NCBI GenBank assembly: GCA_964577555.1
Contig: CAZNZM010000009.1
Location: forward strand, 7,379-39,378
Direction of reading: 5' to 3'
DNA: 32,000 nucleotides
Origin: an uncultured archaeon
GTDB taxonomy: Archaea > Iainarchaeota > Iainarchaeia > Iainarchaeales > Iainarchaeaceae
Part shown: positions 1 to 10,006 of the stretch, in pieces
Numbering within the stretch: the first letter of the stretch is position 1
How the letters are laid out: every line of letters starts with the position of its first letter
Translations under genes and position numbers: made by a program
The notes under the pieces: generated by a model
What the model was told of the DNA's origin: nothing
Database searches by the model: none
What the model saw: only the letters and a program-made list of their open reading frames with translations

Positions 1-1
1 T

Positions 2-139
2 GTGTCAAAGAATAGGAAATTGAAACTTATCGATTATTTTGTTATTGGAATATGTTGTTTATTATTCTTGGTTTTGCTTATTTTTTTGGCTTTTATTATT
101 TGGGATTTTGCTACAAATTCTATTGTGCGTTGGGTATGA
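2..139 (+). CDS. C-terminal fragment of a putative membrane protein, truncated by window start
   Basis: Open frame from the window edge to TGA at 137-139: VSKNRKLKLIDYFVIGICCLLFLVLLIFLAFIIWDFATNSIVRWV*, containing one strong hydrophobic segment. Confidence 0.35.
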   Translation: MSKNRKLKLIDYFVIGICCLLFLVLLIFLAFIIWDFATNSIVRWV

Positions 140-213
140 TTCTTGATTCTTATATTGATAGAGTGTTTTAGATTTCCTTTACATTTTTAATCACTTCATG
201 ACAAACAATAATC

Positions 214-984
214 ATGGTAAAAGCTAAGTGTGAAGGAGATTTGATAATAGTAGAATTTACGGATGAAGAAGCAAAAGAACTCAAATTGCCAAGCCGAAAA
301 AAATTTGAGTTGATAAAGGCAAGGGAAGGAATTTGGTTAATGGTTCCGCATGAAGAAAAAAAGGCTAATGTAGTAGATTTGGTTGTTGGAAATGATTCAA
401 GAGAGGCAATAGAGAAAAAAATCACCAATTTGATTAAAACTTTGAGTCCAAGGGATAAAATGGAAGGTTGGTTTGAAAAGAAGCTTAATGAAAATGAAAA
501 TAAAATACTTCAAGAAATGCTTAAAGAGGGTAAGATAATAAAATATAAGTCAAGCGAAGTTTTCAGAAAAGCTCTTTATGCTTTGCCAAAAAATGTCCAA
601 AAAAAACAAGTTTTTGAAAACAAATTCCAAAACATGGAAAAGCCCAAGTATGATTATACTCTTGAAAAAGACGGTTTTATGGTAATAAAAAACGAGTTGA
701 ATGCAAAAACCATAAGCGAGCAATTAAAAGAGAAAATAAAAGCGGGGGAAATAAGAGGTTTAAGAAGTTTTGAAGGGGATTTTTATGTTATAAACTCTGT
801 TCTTTTGCAGGAATCTGAAAAAAAGGTTTTGGAGGAACTTTCCAAGGAGAAACAACAAACGTTGAGCCAATTGTCATCCAAAACAAATTTGACTCCGACG
901 CTTGTAAAAATATCAATGGAGTTTCTTAAGGAAGATGGCGAGGTTATGGAAAGAAAAAAAGAAGTTTATCAATATATTAAGTGA
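214..984 (+). CDS. Hypothetical protein with probable C-terminal winged-helix/HTH segment
   Basis: 256 aa ORF. C-terminus (KKVLEELSKEKQQTLSQLSSKTNLTPTLVKISMEFLKEDGEV) looks like a wHTH. Tightly followed by the next ORF. Confidence 0.7.
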   Translation: MVKAKCEGDLIIVEFTDEEAKELKLPSRKKFELIKAREGIWLMVPHEEKKANVVDLVVGNDSREAIEKKITNLIKTLSPRDKMEGWFEKKLNENENKILQEMLKEGKIIKYKSSEVFRKALYALPKNVQKKQVFENKFQNMEKPKYDYTLEKDGFMVIKNELNAKTISEQLKEKIKAGEIRGLRSFEGDFYVINSVLLQESEKKVLEELSKEKQQTLSQLSSKTNLTPTLVKISMEFLKEDGEVMERKKEVYQYIK

Positions 985-988
985 TTTT

Positions 989-1357
989 ATGAAAGTTCTT
1001 ATACCTTTGTTGTCGGAGATGGAAAATGAAGAATTTTTGAAAAGAGCGACTGAAAAAGCAAGTGAAGTAATTTTGTTACTTGTTGTGGATACTCAGCCTA
1101 ACCAAAAATTCGGTTTTACAACTTCGCAAATCACCAAAGGAAGAAGGCTTATGGAAAATGCAAGCAGTTTTATCGGCAAAAAGAAAAAAATTGAAGAAAT
1201 AATAGAGTGGGGAGAAACCGATTTGAAAATAATTAATATTGCAAAGTTGAATCAAGTTGATAAAATAGTCATAAAAGAACAAGGAGAAAATAATTTTTTG
1301 TTCAAGGGGCTTGTTGAAAAGATAAAAAGTGAAAATATTAAAGTAGAGGTAATTTAA
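989..1357 (+). CDS. Small protein, possibly universal-stress-protein-like fold
   Basis: In-frame ATG at 989 (MKVLIPLLSEMENEEFLKRATEKASEVILLLVVD...) is 4 nt after the upstream stop, so it is a better start than 935. It overlaps the next start as TAATG at 1355-1359. Confidence 0.55.
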   Translation: MKVLIPLLSEMENEEFLKRATEKASEVILLLVVDTQPNQKFGFTTSQITKGRRLMENASSFIGKKKKIEEIIEWGETDLKIINIAKLNQVDKIVIKEQGENNFLFKGLVEKIKSENIKVEVI

Positions 1358-1686
1358 TGGAAAAAAAAGTCAGCATTTCGGATTTTCAAAAATTGGATAT
1401 AAGGATTGGAAAAATAGTGTCTGCAAATCCCATACCACATACTGACAAATTGCTCCTTTTGGAATTTGATTTTGGCGAATTCAAAAGGCAAGTAGTTTCA
1501 GCTATTGCGCATCAATATAACCCAAGTGTTCTTATAGGCAAGCAAATGCCAGTTTTAATAAATCTTGAACCTAAAAAAATAATGGGTTTTGAAAGTCAAG
1601 GCATGATAATTGCAATTGATGTAGGGGAAGATTGTGCATTGCTTCACCCTGACAAGGAAACTCCAAATGGTAGTAAAGTAACTTGA
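1357..1686 (+). CDS. tRNA-binding domain protein (CsaA / MetRS beta-subunit-like)
   Basis: FQKLDIRIGKIVSANPIPHTDKLLLLEFDFG...QVVSAIAHQY...GKQMPVLINLEPKKIMGFESQGMIIA is characteristic of the EMAPII/tRNA_bind OB-fold. Confidence 0.85.
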   Translation: MEKKVSISDFQKLDIRIGKIVSANPIPHTDKLLLLEFDFGEFKRQVVSAIAHQYNPSVLIGKQMPVLINLEPKKIMGFESQGMIIAIDVGEDCALLHPDKETPNGSKVT

Positions 1687-1789
1687 ATTTTTTTTTGATT
1701 GTGAAATGGTAAAAAATTTTAGTAGCTTGGAAAAATGGTTTGTTTGGAAACCAATTTATTTAAATATATGAAAACATTTCTTGAATAAA

Positions 1790-4345
1790 ATGGATAATAA
1801 GTATTGGGCGCTTGACGAGTCCAGCCTTTTTTCAGTTTTGAACAGCTCTGCTTCTGGGCTTTCTTCTTTTGAAGCTAAGGAAAGGTTGGTTAAATATGGG
1901 CTTAATGAAATTCCTGTTTCAAAAAAGCCTGAAGCTTTGCGGTTGTTTGTTGCGCAGTTGAAGAATCCGCTTGTTTTGATTCTTGTCATTGCAGCCACAA
2001 TGTCTTTTTTTCTCGGAGAACAAATTGAAGCATTGGTTATTTTTGGAATCGTTTTGATTAATTCAATTTTGGGTTTTTATCAGGAGTACAAGGCTGAAAA
2101 AATTTTGTATGATTTGAGAAAAATGGTTATATTGAATGCAAAGGTTTTGCGTGATGGAAAAGAAGTTGAGATTGATTCAAGGGAAATAGTTCCGGGGGAC
2201 ATAGTGTTTCTTAATATTGGGGATGTGGTTCCTGCTGACATAAGGCTTTTGCATTCTGAAGATCTTGCAGCCAATGAATCAAATCTTACTGGCGAATCCA
2301 GGCCTGTTGAAAAAAAGCCTTGTATTGTCAAGCCGGAAGTGAGCCTTCCGCAAGACATGGTTAACATGGTTTTTGAAGGTACTTCTATTACAAATGGAAT
2401 CGGAAAAGGGATTGTGGTTGCAACAGGAATGTCAACTTTTTTTGGAAAGTCCGCTTCTTATCTTAAAGAAAAACAGCGTTCAACTTATTTTCAACAAAAC
2501 ATAGAAAACTTTGGAGCCATGTTGCTTAAATTAGTTCTTTTAATGACTTTTTTTATTTTTATAGCAAATTTTGTGCTAGGCAAGCCTTTATTAGAGTCTT
2601 TTATTTTTTCTATTGCTCTTGCTGTAGGAATTACTCCTGAAGTTCTGCCTGTGGTTGTGACAATTTCTCTATCTGATGGAGCCATGCGTATGGCTAAAAA
2701 AAAGGTAATAATAAAAAAATTGGTTTCGGTAGAGGATTTTGGGAATATTGATACTCTTTGTTGTGACAAAACTGGGACTTTGACGGAAGGCTCTCTAAAA
2801 CTTTTTGAATATGTTAACCTTGATGGAAAAAAGGACAAAAAATTGCTTTTGTATGGAATGTTGTGCAATTCTGGTAAAAAAGTCGGTAAAAAAAAGTCTT
2901 TTGGGAATCCTGTTGACAAGGCTATTTGGGATTCAGATGAATCTTTTGGATTGATGGATGATTTTGCCAAATTTGAATTAGTTGATGAAGCGGAGTTCGA
3001 TTTTGAACGCAGAAGAATGTCTGTTCTTGTAAATAATAATGGAAAAAAGGCTTTGATTGTAAAAGGCTCGCCTTTGTCTGTCATTTCTGTATGTGATTTT
3101 GTCTTGATCAAATCGCGCCTGGTAAGGCTTGGAAAAAAGCAAATGCAAGATTTTATTGATAAAGTTGAAAATTTTGAACGCAATGGTTTTATTGTAATTG
3201 CTGTTGCTGAAAAAGATGCTTCTGGTTATGAGAAGATTTCGACAAAGGATGAAAACAGGCTTGTTCTTTTAGGGTTTTTGGTTTTTCATGATCCGCCAAA
3301 GCATAGTGCAAAAGAATCTTTGAAGACTTTGCAGGAATTGGGGGTTAATATAAAAATAATAACTGGAGATAGCCATATTGTAACTAGAAAAATATGCGAG
3401 GAAGTGGGGCTTTCCATATATAAAAACAAGGTTGTTATTGGTGATGAACTTGCAAGCCTTGGAGAAAAGGAGTTTGAGAGTTATGTTCATTCATATAACG
3501 TATTCGCGCGTATTACTCCAGAACAAAAGTTCAAAATAGTTTCAGCTTTGAACAAGGAAGGGCATGTAGTTGGTTATTTGGGTGATGGTGTTAATGATGT
3601 TCCTGCGTTGAAAGCAGCAGATGTTTCAATTACAGTTGATACAGCTTCAGGAATAGCAAAAGATGCTGCAGATATAATAATTCTAAATAAAAGCTTGAAA
3701 GTTGTTGTTGATGGTCTTTTGGAAGGGAGAAAGACTTTTGGGAATATTACAAAATATATTTTGAATACTATTAGCGCAAATTTTGGAAACATGTTTACCG
3801 TTGCTTTTTCATCGCTTTTCTTGAAATTTATTCCTTTGTTGCCTTCTCAAATACTTTTAAACAATTTTATAAGTGATGTTCCCTTGCTTACAATTTCGAA
3901 GGACAATGTGGACAAGGAAATGCTTAAGAAACCGAAGAAGTGGAATCTTGACTTGATTTCAAAATTCATGATATATTTTGGAATAATAAGCACTTTTTTT
4001 GACTTGTTATTGATTTTTGCTTTGATTTTTTTCTTTAATGTGTCTCAGGAAGTTTTCAGGACTGCTTGGTTTGTTGAATCTGCTATCTCTGAAATAATTG
4101 TAACTTTTTCAATAAGGACCAAATTGCCTTTCTACAAAAGTGTCCCTTCAAAATTACTTTTGATAACATCCGCTGGCGCTATTTTGTTGATTTTTTGGAT
4201 TGTTTATTCGTCATTTGGCGGTTCTTTGTTTGAGTTTGTAATTTTGCCTATGGAAATAATTTGGCTTATATTGCTTGTTTTGGCGCTGTATTTTATCATT
4301 GTGGAAATAGTGAAAAAAGTATTTTATTCTAAATATGATTTGTGA
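1790..4345 (+). CDS. Cation-transporting P-type ATPase (P-II/P-IIIB, possibly MgtA-like)
   Basis: Phosphorylation motif DKTGTLTEG, GDGVNDVPALKAADVS hinge, TGES-like LTGESRPVE, PEVLPVVVTISL TM4 motif and N-terminal cation ATPase domain. TTG start at 1781 or ATG at 1790. Confidence 0.93.
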   Translation: MDNKYWALDESSLFSVLNSSASGLSSFEAKERLVKYGLNEIPVSKKPEALRLFVAQLKNPLVLILVIAATMSFFLGEQIEALVIFGIVLINSILGFYQEYKAEKILYDLRKMVILNAKVLRDGKEVEIDSREIVPGDIVFLNIGDVVPADIRLLHSEDLAANESNLTGESRPVEKKPCIVKPEVSLPQDMVNMVFEGTSITNGIGKGIVVATGMSTFFGKSASYLKEKQRSTYFQQNIENFGAMLLKLVLLMTFFIFIANFVLGKPLLESFIFSIALAVGITPEVLPVVVTISLSDGAMRMAKKKVIIKKLVSVEDFGNIDTLCCDKTGTLTEGSLKLFEYVNLDGKKDKKLLLYGMLCNSGKKVGKKKSFGNPVDKAIWDSDESFGLMDDFAKFELVDEAEFDFERRRMSVLVNNNGKKALIVKGSPLSVISVCDFVLIKSRLVRLGKKQMQDFIDKVENFERNGFIVIAVAEKDASGYEKISTKDENRLVLLGFLVFHDPPKHSAKESLKTLQELGVNIKIITGDSHIVTRKICEEVGLSIYKNKVVIGDELASLGEKEFESYVHSYNVFARITPEQKFKIVSALNKEGHVVGYLGDGVNDVPALKAADVSITVDTASGIAKDAADIIILNKSLKVVVDGLLEGRKTFGNITKYILNTISANFGNMFTVAFSSLFLKFIPLLPSQILLNNFISDVPLLTISKDNVDKEMLKKPKKWNLDLISKFMIYFGIISTFFDLLLIFALIFFFNVSQEVFRTAWFVESAISEIIVTFSIRTKLPFYKSVPSKLLLITSAGAILLIFWIVYSSFGGSLFEFVILPMEIIWLILLVLALYFIIVEIVKKVFYSKYDL

Positions 4346-4354
4346 CTTTGAAGC

Positions 4355-4873
4355 TTATTGCTTTACTTCGTCTTTGATAATTGATTCTATTCTTTTTTTT
4401 GCGTTTATTTTTTTTAGAAATTTTTCTACTGCGTTTGGCACGTATTTTGAAATATTTTCTCCGTTTAGTATTTTTTCTCTGATTTTGGTAGAGTCTATCT
4501 TTGCGTTGTTGCTTATTAGTTTTTGTACTTTTGTTCCATCTGTTTCAAATAGTTCTTTTACAAGTGGGTTGTTGGTGAATACCAAGTCAAAGCTTGGACA
4601 GTATGCTCTTATTCTTTGGGTCCAAAGCGCATATTCTGAAATGTCGTCTACGCAGATTATATAGCACTTTTCAAATATTTTGTCTTCTTTTAAAGCCAAG
4701 CCTATCATTTCCACTCTTTCGCCAGCTGTGAAAGGATTTTCTTTTTGGAATGATTCCTTTGCGCTGCCAACTACTATTACCATTTCGTCAACTTGTTTTA
4801 ATGCGTTTTTTAGTGCGTTGTGGTGTCCTAAATGGTATGGCTGAAATCTTCCTACAAAAAGTCCTCTTTTCAT
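4355..4873 (-). CDS. nadM: Nicotinamide-nucleotide adenylyltransferase, archaeal type
   Basis: MKRGLFVGRFQPYHLGHHNALKNAL...VVGSAKESFQKENPFTAGERVEMI matches the NadM signature. ATG at 4873 overlaps the nadC stop as ATGA, so it is preferred over 4888. Confidence 0.92.
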   Translation of the reverse strand: MKRGLFVGRFQPYHLGHHNALKNALKQVDEMVIVVGSAKESFQKENPFTAGERVEMIGLALKEDKIFEKCYIICVDDISEYALWTQRIRAYCPSFDLVFTNNPLVKELFETDGTKVQKLISNNAKIDSTKIREKILNGENISKYVPNAVEKFLKKINAKKRIESIIKDEVKQ

Positions 4874-5703
4874 CTTTTTCCCACCCATTCAATGTCCATA
4901 CTGAAATCCAGTATTTTTGCGTTTTTTGTTAGTTCTCCCATTGAAATGTAGTCTGCTCCAATGTTCATATAATGTTTAAGGTTTTTTAGTGTAATCCCTC
5001 CTGAGAGTTCTATTTTTCCTTTATAACCTATTTTTTTGAGTTTTTTTATTGTCTTTTTTGCATTGTTTGGATTGAAATTGTCAAGCATTATCATGTCTGG
5101 TTTTTCTTTGGCTGCTTCAAGGGCTTCTTTTTGGTTTTTTGTTTCAATTTCTGTTTTTTTTCCCGTTTTTTTTGCGCTTTGCAATGCTTCTGTAACGCTT
5201 TTGAAAAATTCTAAATGGTTGTCTTTTATTAGAATCATTTCAGCCAAATTTTTTCTGTGGCTCCAAAGCCCTGCAATTTCTGCGGCTTTTTTGTCCAGAA
5301 ATTGAAACCCGGGTATTGTTTTTCTTGTTACTGCCAAAATGGTGTTGGTTTTTTTCATTTTGTTTTTGGCTTTCGTGCAAAGTGTTGCAACGCCTGACAT
5401 TCTTCCAATTATATTAAGGCAGACTCTTTCCAGCGCGAGTATTTTTCTGTTGTTTCCTCTTATTATGAGAATTTTTTGTTTGGGTTTTGCCATGTCGCCG
5501 TCTTTTTTCAATTTTTTTGTTTCAAGCCCGGCACTCTTGAATAGGAATTCCGCTTCTTCAATTCCTGCAAGAACGCATTTTTGGTTTGCCTTGATTGATG
5601 CTTGGCATTCTTTTAGCGGGGTTATTGCAGAAGTTATGTCTCCTTTGCCTATGTCTTCTCGCAAATATCCTTGAAGTTGTTTTTCTATTTCTTGGTTAAT
5701 CAT
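4870..5703 (-). CDS. nadC: Nicotinate-nucleotide pyrophosphorylase (quinolinate phosphoribosyltransferase)
   Basis: REDIGKGDITSAI, LNIIGRMSGVATLC, TRKTIPGFQFLDKKA, HRKNLAEMILIKDNH, IMLDNFNP, ELSGGITLKNL and YISMGELTK are all NadC motifs. Confidence 0.95.
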   Translation of the reverse strand: MINQEIEKQLQGYLREDIGKGDITSAITPLKECQASIKANQKCVLAGIEEAEFLFKSAGLETKKLKKDGDMAKPKQKILIIRGNNRKILALERVCLNIIGRMSGVATLCTKAKNKMKKTNTILAVTRKTIPGFQFLDKKAAEIAGLWSHRKNLAEMILIKDNHLEFFKSVTEALQSAKKTGKKTEIETKNQKEALEAAKEKPDMIMLDNFNPNNAKKTIKKLKKIGYKGKIELSGGITLKNLKHYMNIGADYISMGELTKNAKILDFSMDIEWVGKR

Positions 5704-5800
5704 TGATTAATTTAAATAACGCAAGCCTAAAAAAACCATTTTAATATGATTTGAATTAAATTTTTGTTATGTTATTTGATTATCGGTCTTGGTCTTTATG

Positions 5801-6697
5801 AGAAAGAATTTTGGGGAAAAAATCGTTAAAGGTACTTGGAAATTAAAAGATGGTTTGGCGCGCATGCTTAAAGGTGGTTGTATAATGGATGTTGTGAATG
5901 CCAAGCAAGCCAAAATTGCTGAAAGGGCAGGTGCTTGTGCGGTAATGGCTTTGGAAAGGGTGCCTGCTGATATTAGGGCTGCTGGCGGTGTTGCAAGAAT
6001 GGCTGATCCTGTAAAAGTCAAGGAGATAATGAATGCTGTTTCTATTCCAGTAATGGCTAAATGCAGGATAGGACATTTTGTTGAAGCCCAGATTTTGCAA
6101 GAACTTGGAGTGGATTTTATTGACGAATCAGAAGTTCTTACTCCAGCTGACCAGAATTTTCATATAGACAAAAAGACTTTTGAAGTGCCTTTTGTTTGTG
6201 GAGCCAGGAATCTTGGCGAAGCTTTGAGAAGAATCAACGAGGGCGCTGCAATGATAAGGACAAAGGGTGAAGCAGGCACTGGAAATATTATTGAAGCAGT
6301 AAGGCATGTCAGGACAATTTCAAGTGAAATCAGCAGTTTGTCTTTTGCTTCCAAAGAGAGTTTGGAAGAATTTTCAAACATGGAACAAGTTCCGTTTGAT
6401 TTGGTTTATGAAACTGTGAAATTGGGCAGGTTGCCAATTGTGAATTTTGCGGCAGGTGGCATAGCAACTCCTGCCGATGCTGCTTTGATGATGCAACTTG
6501 GTTGTGATGGTGTTTTTGTAGGTTCCGGAATTTTCAAGTCTTCAAACCCTGAAAAAATGGCAAAATCAATTGTTCAGGCAACTACTAATTTTAATGACCC
6601 GAAAATTTTGGCAAAGGTTTCGTCAGGGCTTGGCAATGCAATGGCTGGTATTGAAATTTCAAAGCTTGATGCAAGGCTTCAGGAAAGAGGCGTGTAA
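5801..6697 (+). CDS. pdxS: Pyridoxal 5'-phosphate synthase lyase subunit PdxS
   Basis: [63 protein letters not shown] and [32 protein letters not shown]. Confidence 0.97.
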   Translation, partial: RKNFGEKIVKGTWKLKDGLARMLKGGCIMDVVNAKQAKIAERAGACAVMALERVPADIRAAGGVARMADPVKVKEIMNAVSIPVMAKCRIGHFVEAQILQELGVDFIDESEVLTPADQNFHIDKKTFEVPFVCGARNLGEALRRINEGAAMIRTKGEAGTGNIIEAVRHVRTISSEISSLSFASKESLEEFSNMEQVPFDLVYETVKLGRLPIVNFAAGGIATPADAALMMQLGCDGVFVGSGIFKSSNPEKMAKSIVQATTNFNDPKILAKVSSGLGNAMAGIEISKLDARLQERGV

Positions 6698-6698
6698 A

Positions 6699-7277
6699 GT
6701 GGTTGTTGCGGGAGTTCTTGCTCTGCAAGGGGATTTTCGGGAACACGTTGCTATTTTTGAATCCATTGGTGTAAAAGCAATTGAAGTCAGAAACAGGCAA
6801 GATATTTCCAAATGTGAAATGCTTGTGATTCCCGGCGGTGAAAGCACTGCCATATCAAACTTGTTTTCGGTTTCCGGATTAGACTTGGAGATAAAGAAAA
6901 GAGCCAAACATGGCATGATAGTATTTGGCACATGCGCAGGTGCAATATTGCTGGCTAAAAAAGTTGTTGGCGAAAAAAGATATAAGCCTCTTGGCCTAAT
7001 TGATATTGAAATCAAGCGGAATGCTTTTGGCAGACAAATAGATTCTTTTGAAGCTGAAATTAATGCCAAAGGAATTGGGAAGGTGAATGGTGTTTTTATT
7101 AGGGCTCCTGAAATTTTGCGATGTGGCAAAAAAGTTGAGATTCTTGGAACTTTTCATGATAAACCTGTTCTTGCAAGGCAGCACAATGTTGTTGTTTCAA
7201 CTTTCCACCCTGAAATTGTAAAAGATAACAAGATTCACTTGATGTTGGTTGAATTGTCAAAAATTATTCAAAAATGA
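6699..7277 (+). CDS. pdxT: Pyridoxal 5'-phosphate synthase glutaminase subunit PdxT
   Basis: VVVAGVLALQGDFREHVAIFESIG, VIPGGESTAIS, GTCAGAILLAK, GKVNGVFIRAPEI and STFHPEI. GTG start at 6699 lies right after the pdxS stop; the track start at 6570 lies inside pdxS. Confidence 0.95.
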   Translation: MVVAGVLALQGDFREHVAIFESIGVKAIEVRNRQDISKCEMLVIPGGESTAISNLFSVSGLDLEIKKRAKHGMIVFGTCAGAILLAKKVVGEKRYKPLGLIDIEIKRNAFGRQIDSFEAEINAKGIGKVNGVFIRAPEILRCGKKVEILGTFHDKPVLARQHNVVVSTFHPEIVKDNKIHLMLVELSKIIQK

Positions 7278-7300
7278 AAAATTCTGTAAAAATTTCAAAA

Positions 7301-7666
7301 TTACATTTTTTCTTTTATTTTGGCTTTAAGTTTTTCGGTTGTTTTCTTCGCATTATCTTTATTTTTTAAAAGCTTGTTTTTTTCTTTTTTGTTTTTTTCC
7401 TTTTTGATTTTCAAATCCAAGTGCTTGCAATATTCTGCGAGATGGTTTTTCAGTTTTTCCATTATGTTTCTTAAATCCTGTGAATACGTGTGCCTTAGAG
7501 TTTTTTTTTGTTCTTCAGGCAAATTTCTATTTAAAGCTTCGTGAATTTCCAAGTGTCTTAGTCTTAGCTCGCATTGTGCCACCCTATCATAGAATTTTTC
7601 TTCGTGGTGCCTAAGTTTGTCATTATTTTCTGAACCTTGGTTTATTGGCTTTTTTGTTTGTTTCAT
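7301..7666 (-). CDS. Hypothetical highly charged coiled-coil-like protein
   Basis: 121 aa Lys/Glu-rich ORF between pdxT and fen. The competing sense ORF 7320..7544 looks like low-complexity read-through. Confidence 0.5.
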   Translation of the reverse strand: MKQTKKPINQGSENNDKLRHHEEKFYDRVAQCELRLRHLEIHEALNRNLPEEQKKTLRHTYSQDLRNIMEKLKNHLAEYCKHLDLKIKKEKNKKEKNKLLKNKDNAKKTTEKLKAKIKEKM

Positions 7667-7880
7667 TTAATCGTATTTTTACTTCTTTGTTATATATAAT
7701 TTTCACGTTTAACGCAAAAAACCACAGTATTAAAATTTTCAAATCAAAATTTGAAGACACATTATTTTTTGTTTGTTTTTGCCAGCCGATTTTTTAAGGC
7801 GATTATTTTTGCTTTATTAAATATAATGAATCAGCAACAATAGTTGTTATAAATATGTTTTGTGCTTTTTTTAATGGTGT

Positions 7881-8912
7881 TTGGGTTTGGGCACGGCTAT
7901 TGGGGACATTGTTCCTCGCCAAAAAATTTCGCTGGAAAGCCTTAATGCAAAAACTCTTGGAGTTGATTCTTACAATATAATTTATCAGTTTCTTTCAAGT
8001 ATTAGAGGTGAAGATGGAAATCCTTTAAAGGATTCGCATGGAAATTTGACATCGCATCTTGCAGGGTTGTTTTATCGCAGCGTTAGCCTTTGTGAAAATG
8101 GAGTGCGTTTGGTTTTTGTTTTTGACGGCAAGCCTTCCGCTTTAAAATCCGAGACACTAAAAAAAAGACATGAAATAAGGACTGAAGCCTTTGAAATGCA
8201 TAAAAAAGCTATAGCTGAAGGGAATTTGGAAGATGCCAAAAAATTCGGTTCAAGGGCTTTGAAGCTTGATGAAAAAATGGTTAATGATGCAAAGGAATTG
8301 ATTTCTGCAATGGGGTTTCCATGCATACAAGCTCCAAGTGAAGGCGAAGCGCAAGCTTCTTTCATGGCTAAAATGGGCAAAATAGATGGAGTTGTGAGCC
8401 AGGATTATGATTCTTTGCTTTTTGGGTGTCCTACTCTTTATAGAAATGTCGCGGTAACTGGAAAAAGAAAAGTTCCAGGGCGAAATATATGGGCTGATAT
8501 AAGTCCTGAAAAAATATTGTTGGAACAAGTTTTGAATGACAATAATATTTCCAGAGAAAAGTTGATTTGGATAGGCATTTTGGTTGGAACCGATTTTAAT
8601 GAAAAATTTCCAAAAATTGGAATAAAAACAGCATTAAAGCTTGCCAAGTCTTCAAATTCGTTTGAAGAAATCATTTCTAAAACAGGTTTTCAACCTGACT
8701 TTGATTATCGTGTTATTGAAGAAATTTTTCTCAATCCTGAAGTTGACACAAGTTTCACAATTTCCTTTTCAAAGCCTGACAGGGAAAAAATAGTTAATTT
8801 CCTTTGCGACAAACATGATTTTTCCTTTGAACGTGTCCAAAAATCCTTGGATAGGCTTGAATCAAATTTTAGTGAAAATGCGAAACAATCCACTTTGGGC
8901 AGGTGGTTTTAG
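7881..8912 (+). CDS. fen: Flap endonuclease 1 (XPG/Rad2 family)
   Basis: LGVDSYNIIYQFLSSIR, VFVFDGKP, PCIQAPSEGEAQASFMAK, VSQDYDSLLFG and a C-terminal PCNA-binding PIP box QSTLGRWF. Expected residue GTDFN also present. Confidence 0.95.
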   Translation: MGLGTAIGDIVPRQKISLESLNAKTLGVDSYNIIYQFLSSIRGEDGNPLKDSHGNLTSHLAGLFYRSVSLCENGVRLVFVFDGKPSALKSETLKKRHEIRTEAFEMHKKAIAEGNLEDAKKFGSRALKLDEKMVNDAKELISAMGFPCIQAPSEGEAQASFMAKMGKIDGVVSQDYDSLLFGCPTLYRNVAVTGKRKVPGRNIWADISPEKILLEQVLNDNNISREKLIWIGILVGTDFNEKFPKIGIKTALKLAKSSNSFEEIISKTGFQPDFDYRVIEEIFLNPEVDTSFTISFSKPDREKIVNFLCDKHDFSFERVQKSLDRLESNFSENAKQSTLGRWF

Positions 8913-10006
8913 TGGGTTACAATTTGCCTGTAAAAATTATTTTTGGTGAAAAAACATTTCCAATGCTGTTTGAAGAGTTAAGAAATCACGGGATAAAAAA
9001 GCCATTGCTTGTATGCGGAAAAAGTTTTATTGCTTCTTCGCGTTTCAAAGTTTTCAGGGAAAATGTTCCGCGCTTTGAACTTTATTCTGAAATTGAACCT
9101 AATCCTTCAATATATTCTGTTGATTTGGGCGCAAAAATATTGAATTCAAAAGGGTGTGATGCTGTTGTAGGCATAGGTGGTGGAAGCGTATTGGATGCTT
9201 CAAAAGTTATTGCATGTATGAAAAACAGAAAAAAAAGTTGTTTTGGTTTTTATAAAAAAATTGATATTGTTTCCCAAGTTCCTTTTTTTGCGTTGCCTAC
9301 TACTGCTGGTTCAGGGAGTGAAGCAACTAAATTTGCAGTGCTGACAAAACCCGACGGTTCAAAAAAAAGTGTTTTACCTGATGATAGGTTTTATGCAAAA
9401 GTTGCAATAGTTGACCCTGAACTGACTTATACTTGTCCTCCTAATGTGACTGCTTCCTCTGGTTTAGATGCTTTTTGCCAAGGAATTGAAAGTTATTGGG
9501 CTGTGAATTCAACAGAAGAAACCAGAAGGTTTTCCGCTGAAGCGATTTCGCTTGCCTATTACAATTTGGACAAGGCTGTGCAAGAACCTGATAGACAAGT
9601 AAGACATAATATGAGTTTAGCTTCTCTTACTTCGGCAAAGGCTTTCAGCCAAACAGGCACTACTGGTTGTCATCAGGTTTCATATGCATTTACCAAATAT
9701 TACGGCATTGCGCATGGTTTTGCCGTAGCACTTGTCCTTCCATGGTTTCTTGAGTTTTATTACTCTAAGGTTCCTGAACGTTGCAACGAAATTTGCAAGC
9801 TGATTGGAGCAAAAAATATTGAAGATGCACAAAACAAAATAAGGAGTATGATGCGTTTTATTGGTGCTCCTGTTTCTTTGCGCGACATAGGTTGCAAAGT
9901 TGAAGATTTTGAAAAAATTGTCAAAATGTCAGTCGGTAAAAGAGAACAAAATCCAATACAACACAAGAAAAGCGATTTAATGCGAATGCTTAAAGAGATT
10001 TTTTGA
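8903..10006 (+). CDS. Iron-containing alcohol dehydrogenase family protein
   Basis: VGIGGGSVLDASK, PTTAGSGSEATKFAVLT, SSGLDAFCQGIESYW and YGIAHGFAVALVLPWFLEF. Overlaps the fen 3' end (start 8903 or 8912). Confidence 0.9.
   Translation: MVLVGYNLPVKIIFGEKTFPMLFEELRNHGIKKPLLVCGKSFIASSRFKVFRENVPRFELYSEIEPNPSIYSVDLGAKILNSKGCDAVVGIGGGSVLDASKVIACMKNRKKSCFGFYKKIDIVSQVPFFALPTTAGSGSEATKFAVLTKPDGSKKSVLPDDRFYAKVAIVDPELTYTCPPNVTASSGLDAFCQGIESYWAVNSTEETRRFSAEAISLAYYNLDKAVQEPDRQVRHNMSLASLTSAKAFSQTGTTGCHQVSYAFTKYYGIAHGFAVALVLPWFLEFYYSKVPERCNEICKLIGAKNIEDAQNKIRSMMRFIGAPVSLRDIGCKVEDFEKIVKMSVGKREQNPIQHKKSDLMRMLKEIF

Noticed and set aside
2080-3792. Antisense ORFs 2080..2367, 2491..3183, 3269..3490 and 3574..3792
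   Set aside because: They are opposite a clear P-type ATPase with intact motifs. Their translations are Ser/Phe-rich shadow sequence.
5036-7184. Antisense or alternate-frame ORFs over nadC, pdxS and pdxT (5036..5305, 5339..5674, 5767..6021, 6160..6381, 6659..7129 and others)
   Set aside because: They shadow genes with unmistakable family motifs and have no recognisable features.
7320-7544. Plus-strand ORF opposite 7301..7666
   Set aside because: Translation is almost entirely Phe/Leu/Ser, the mirror of a Lys/Glu-rich coding strand, and it is shorter than the minus-strand ORF.
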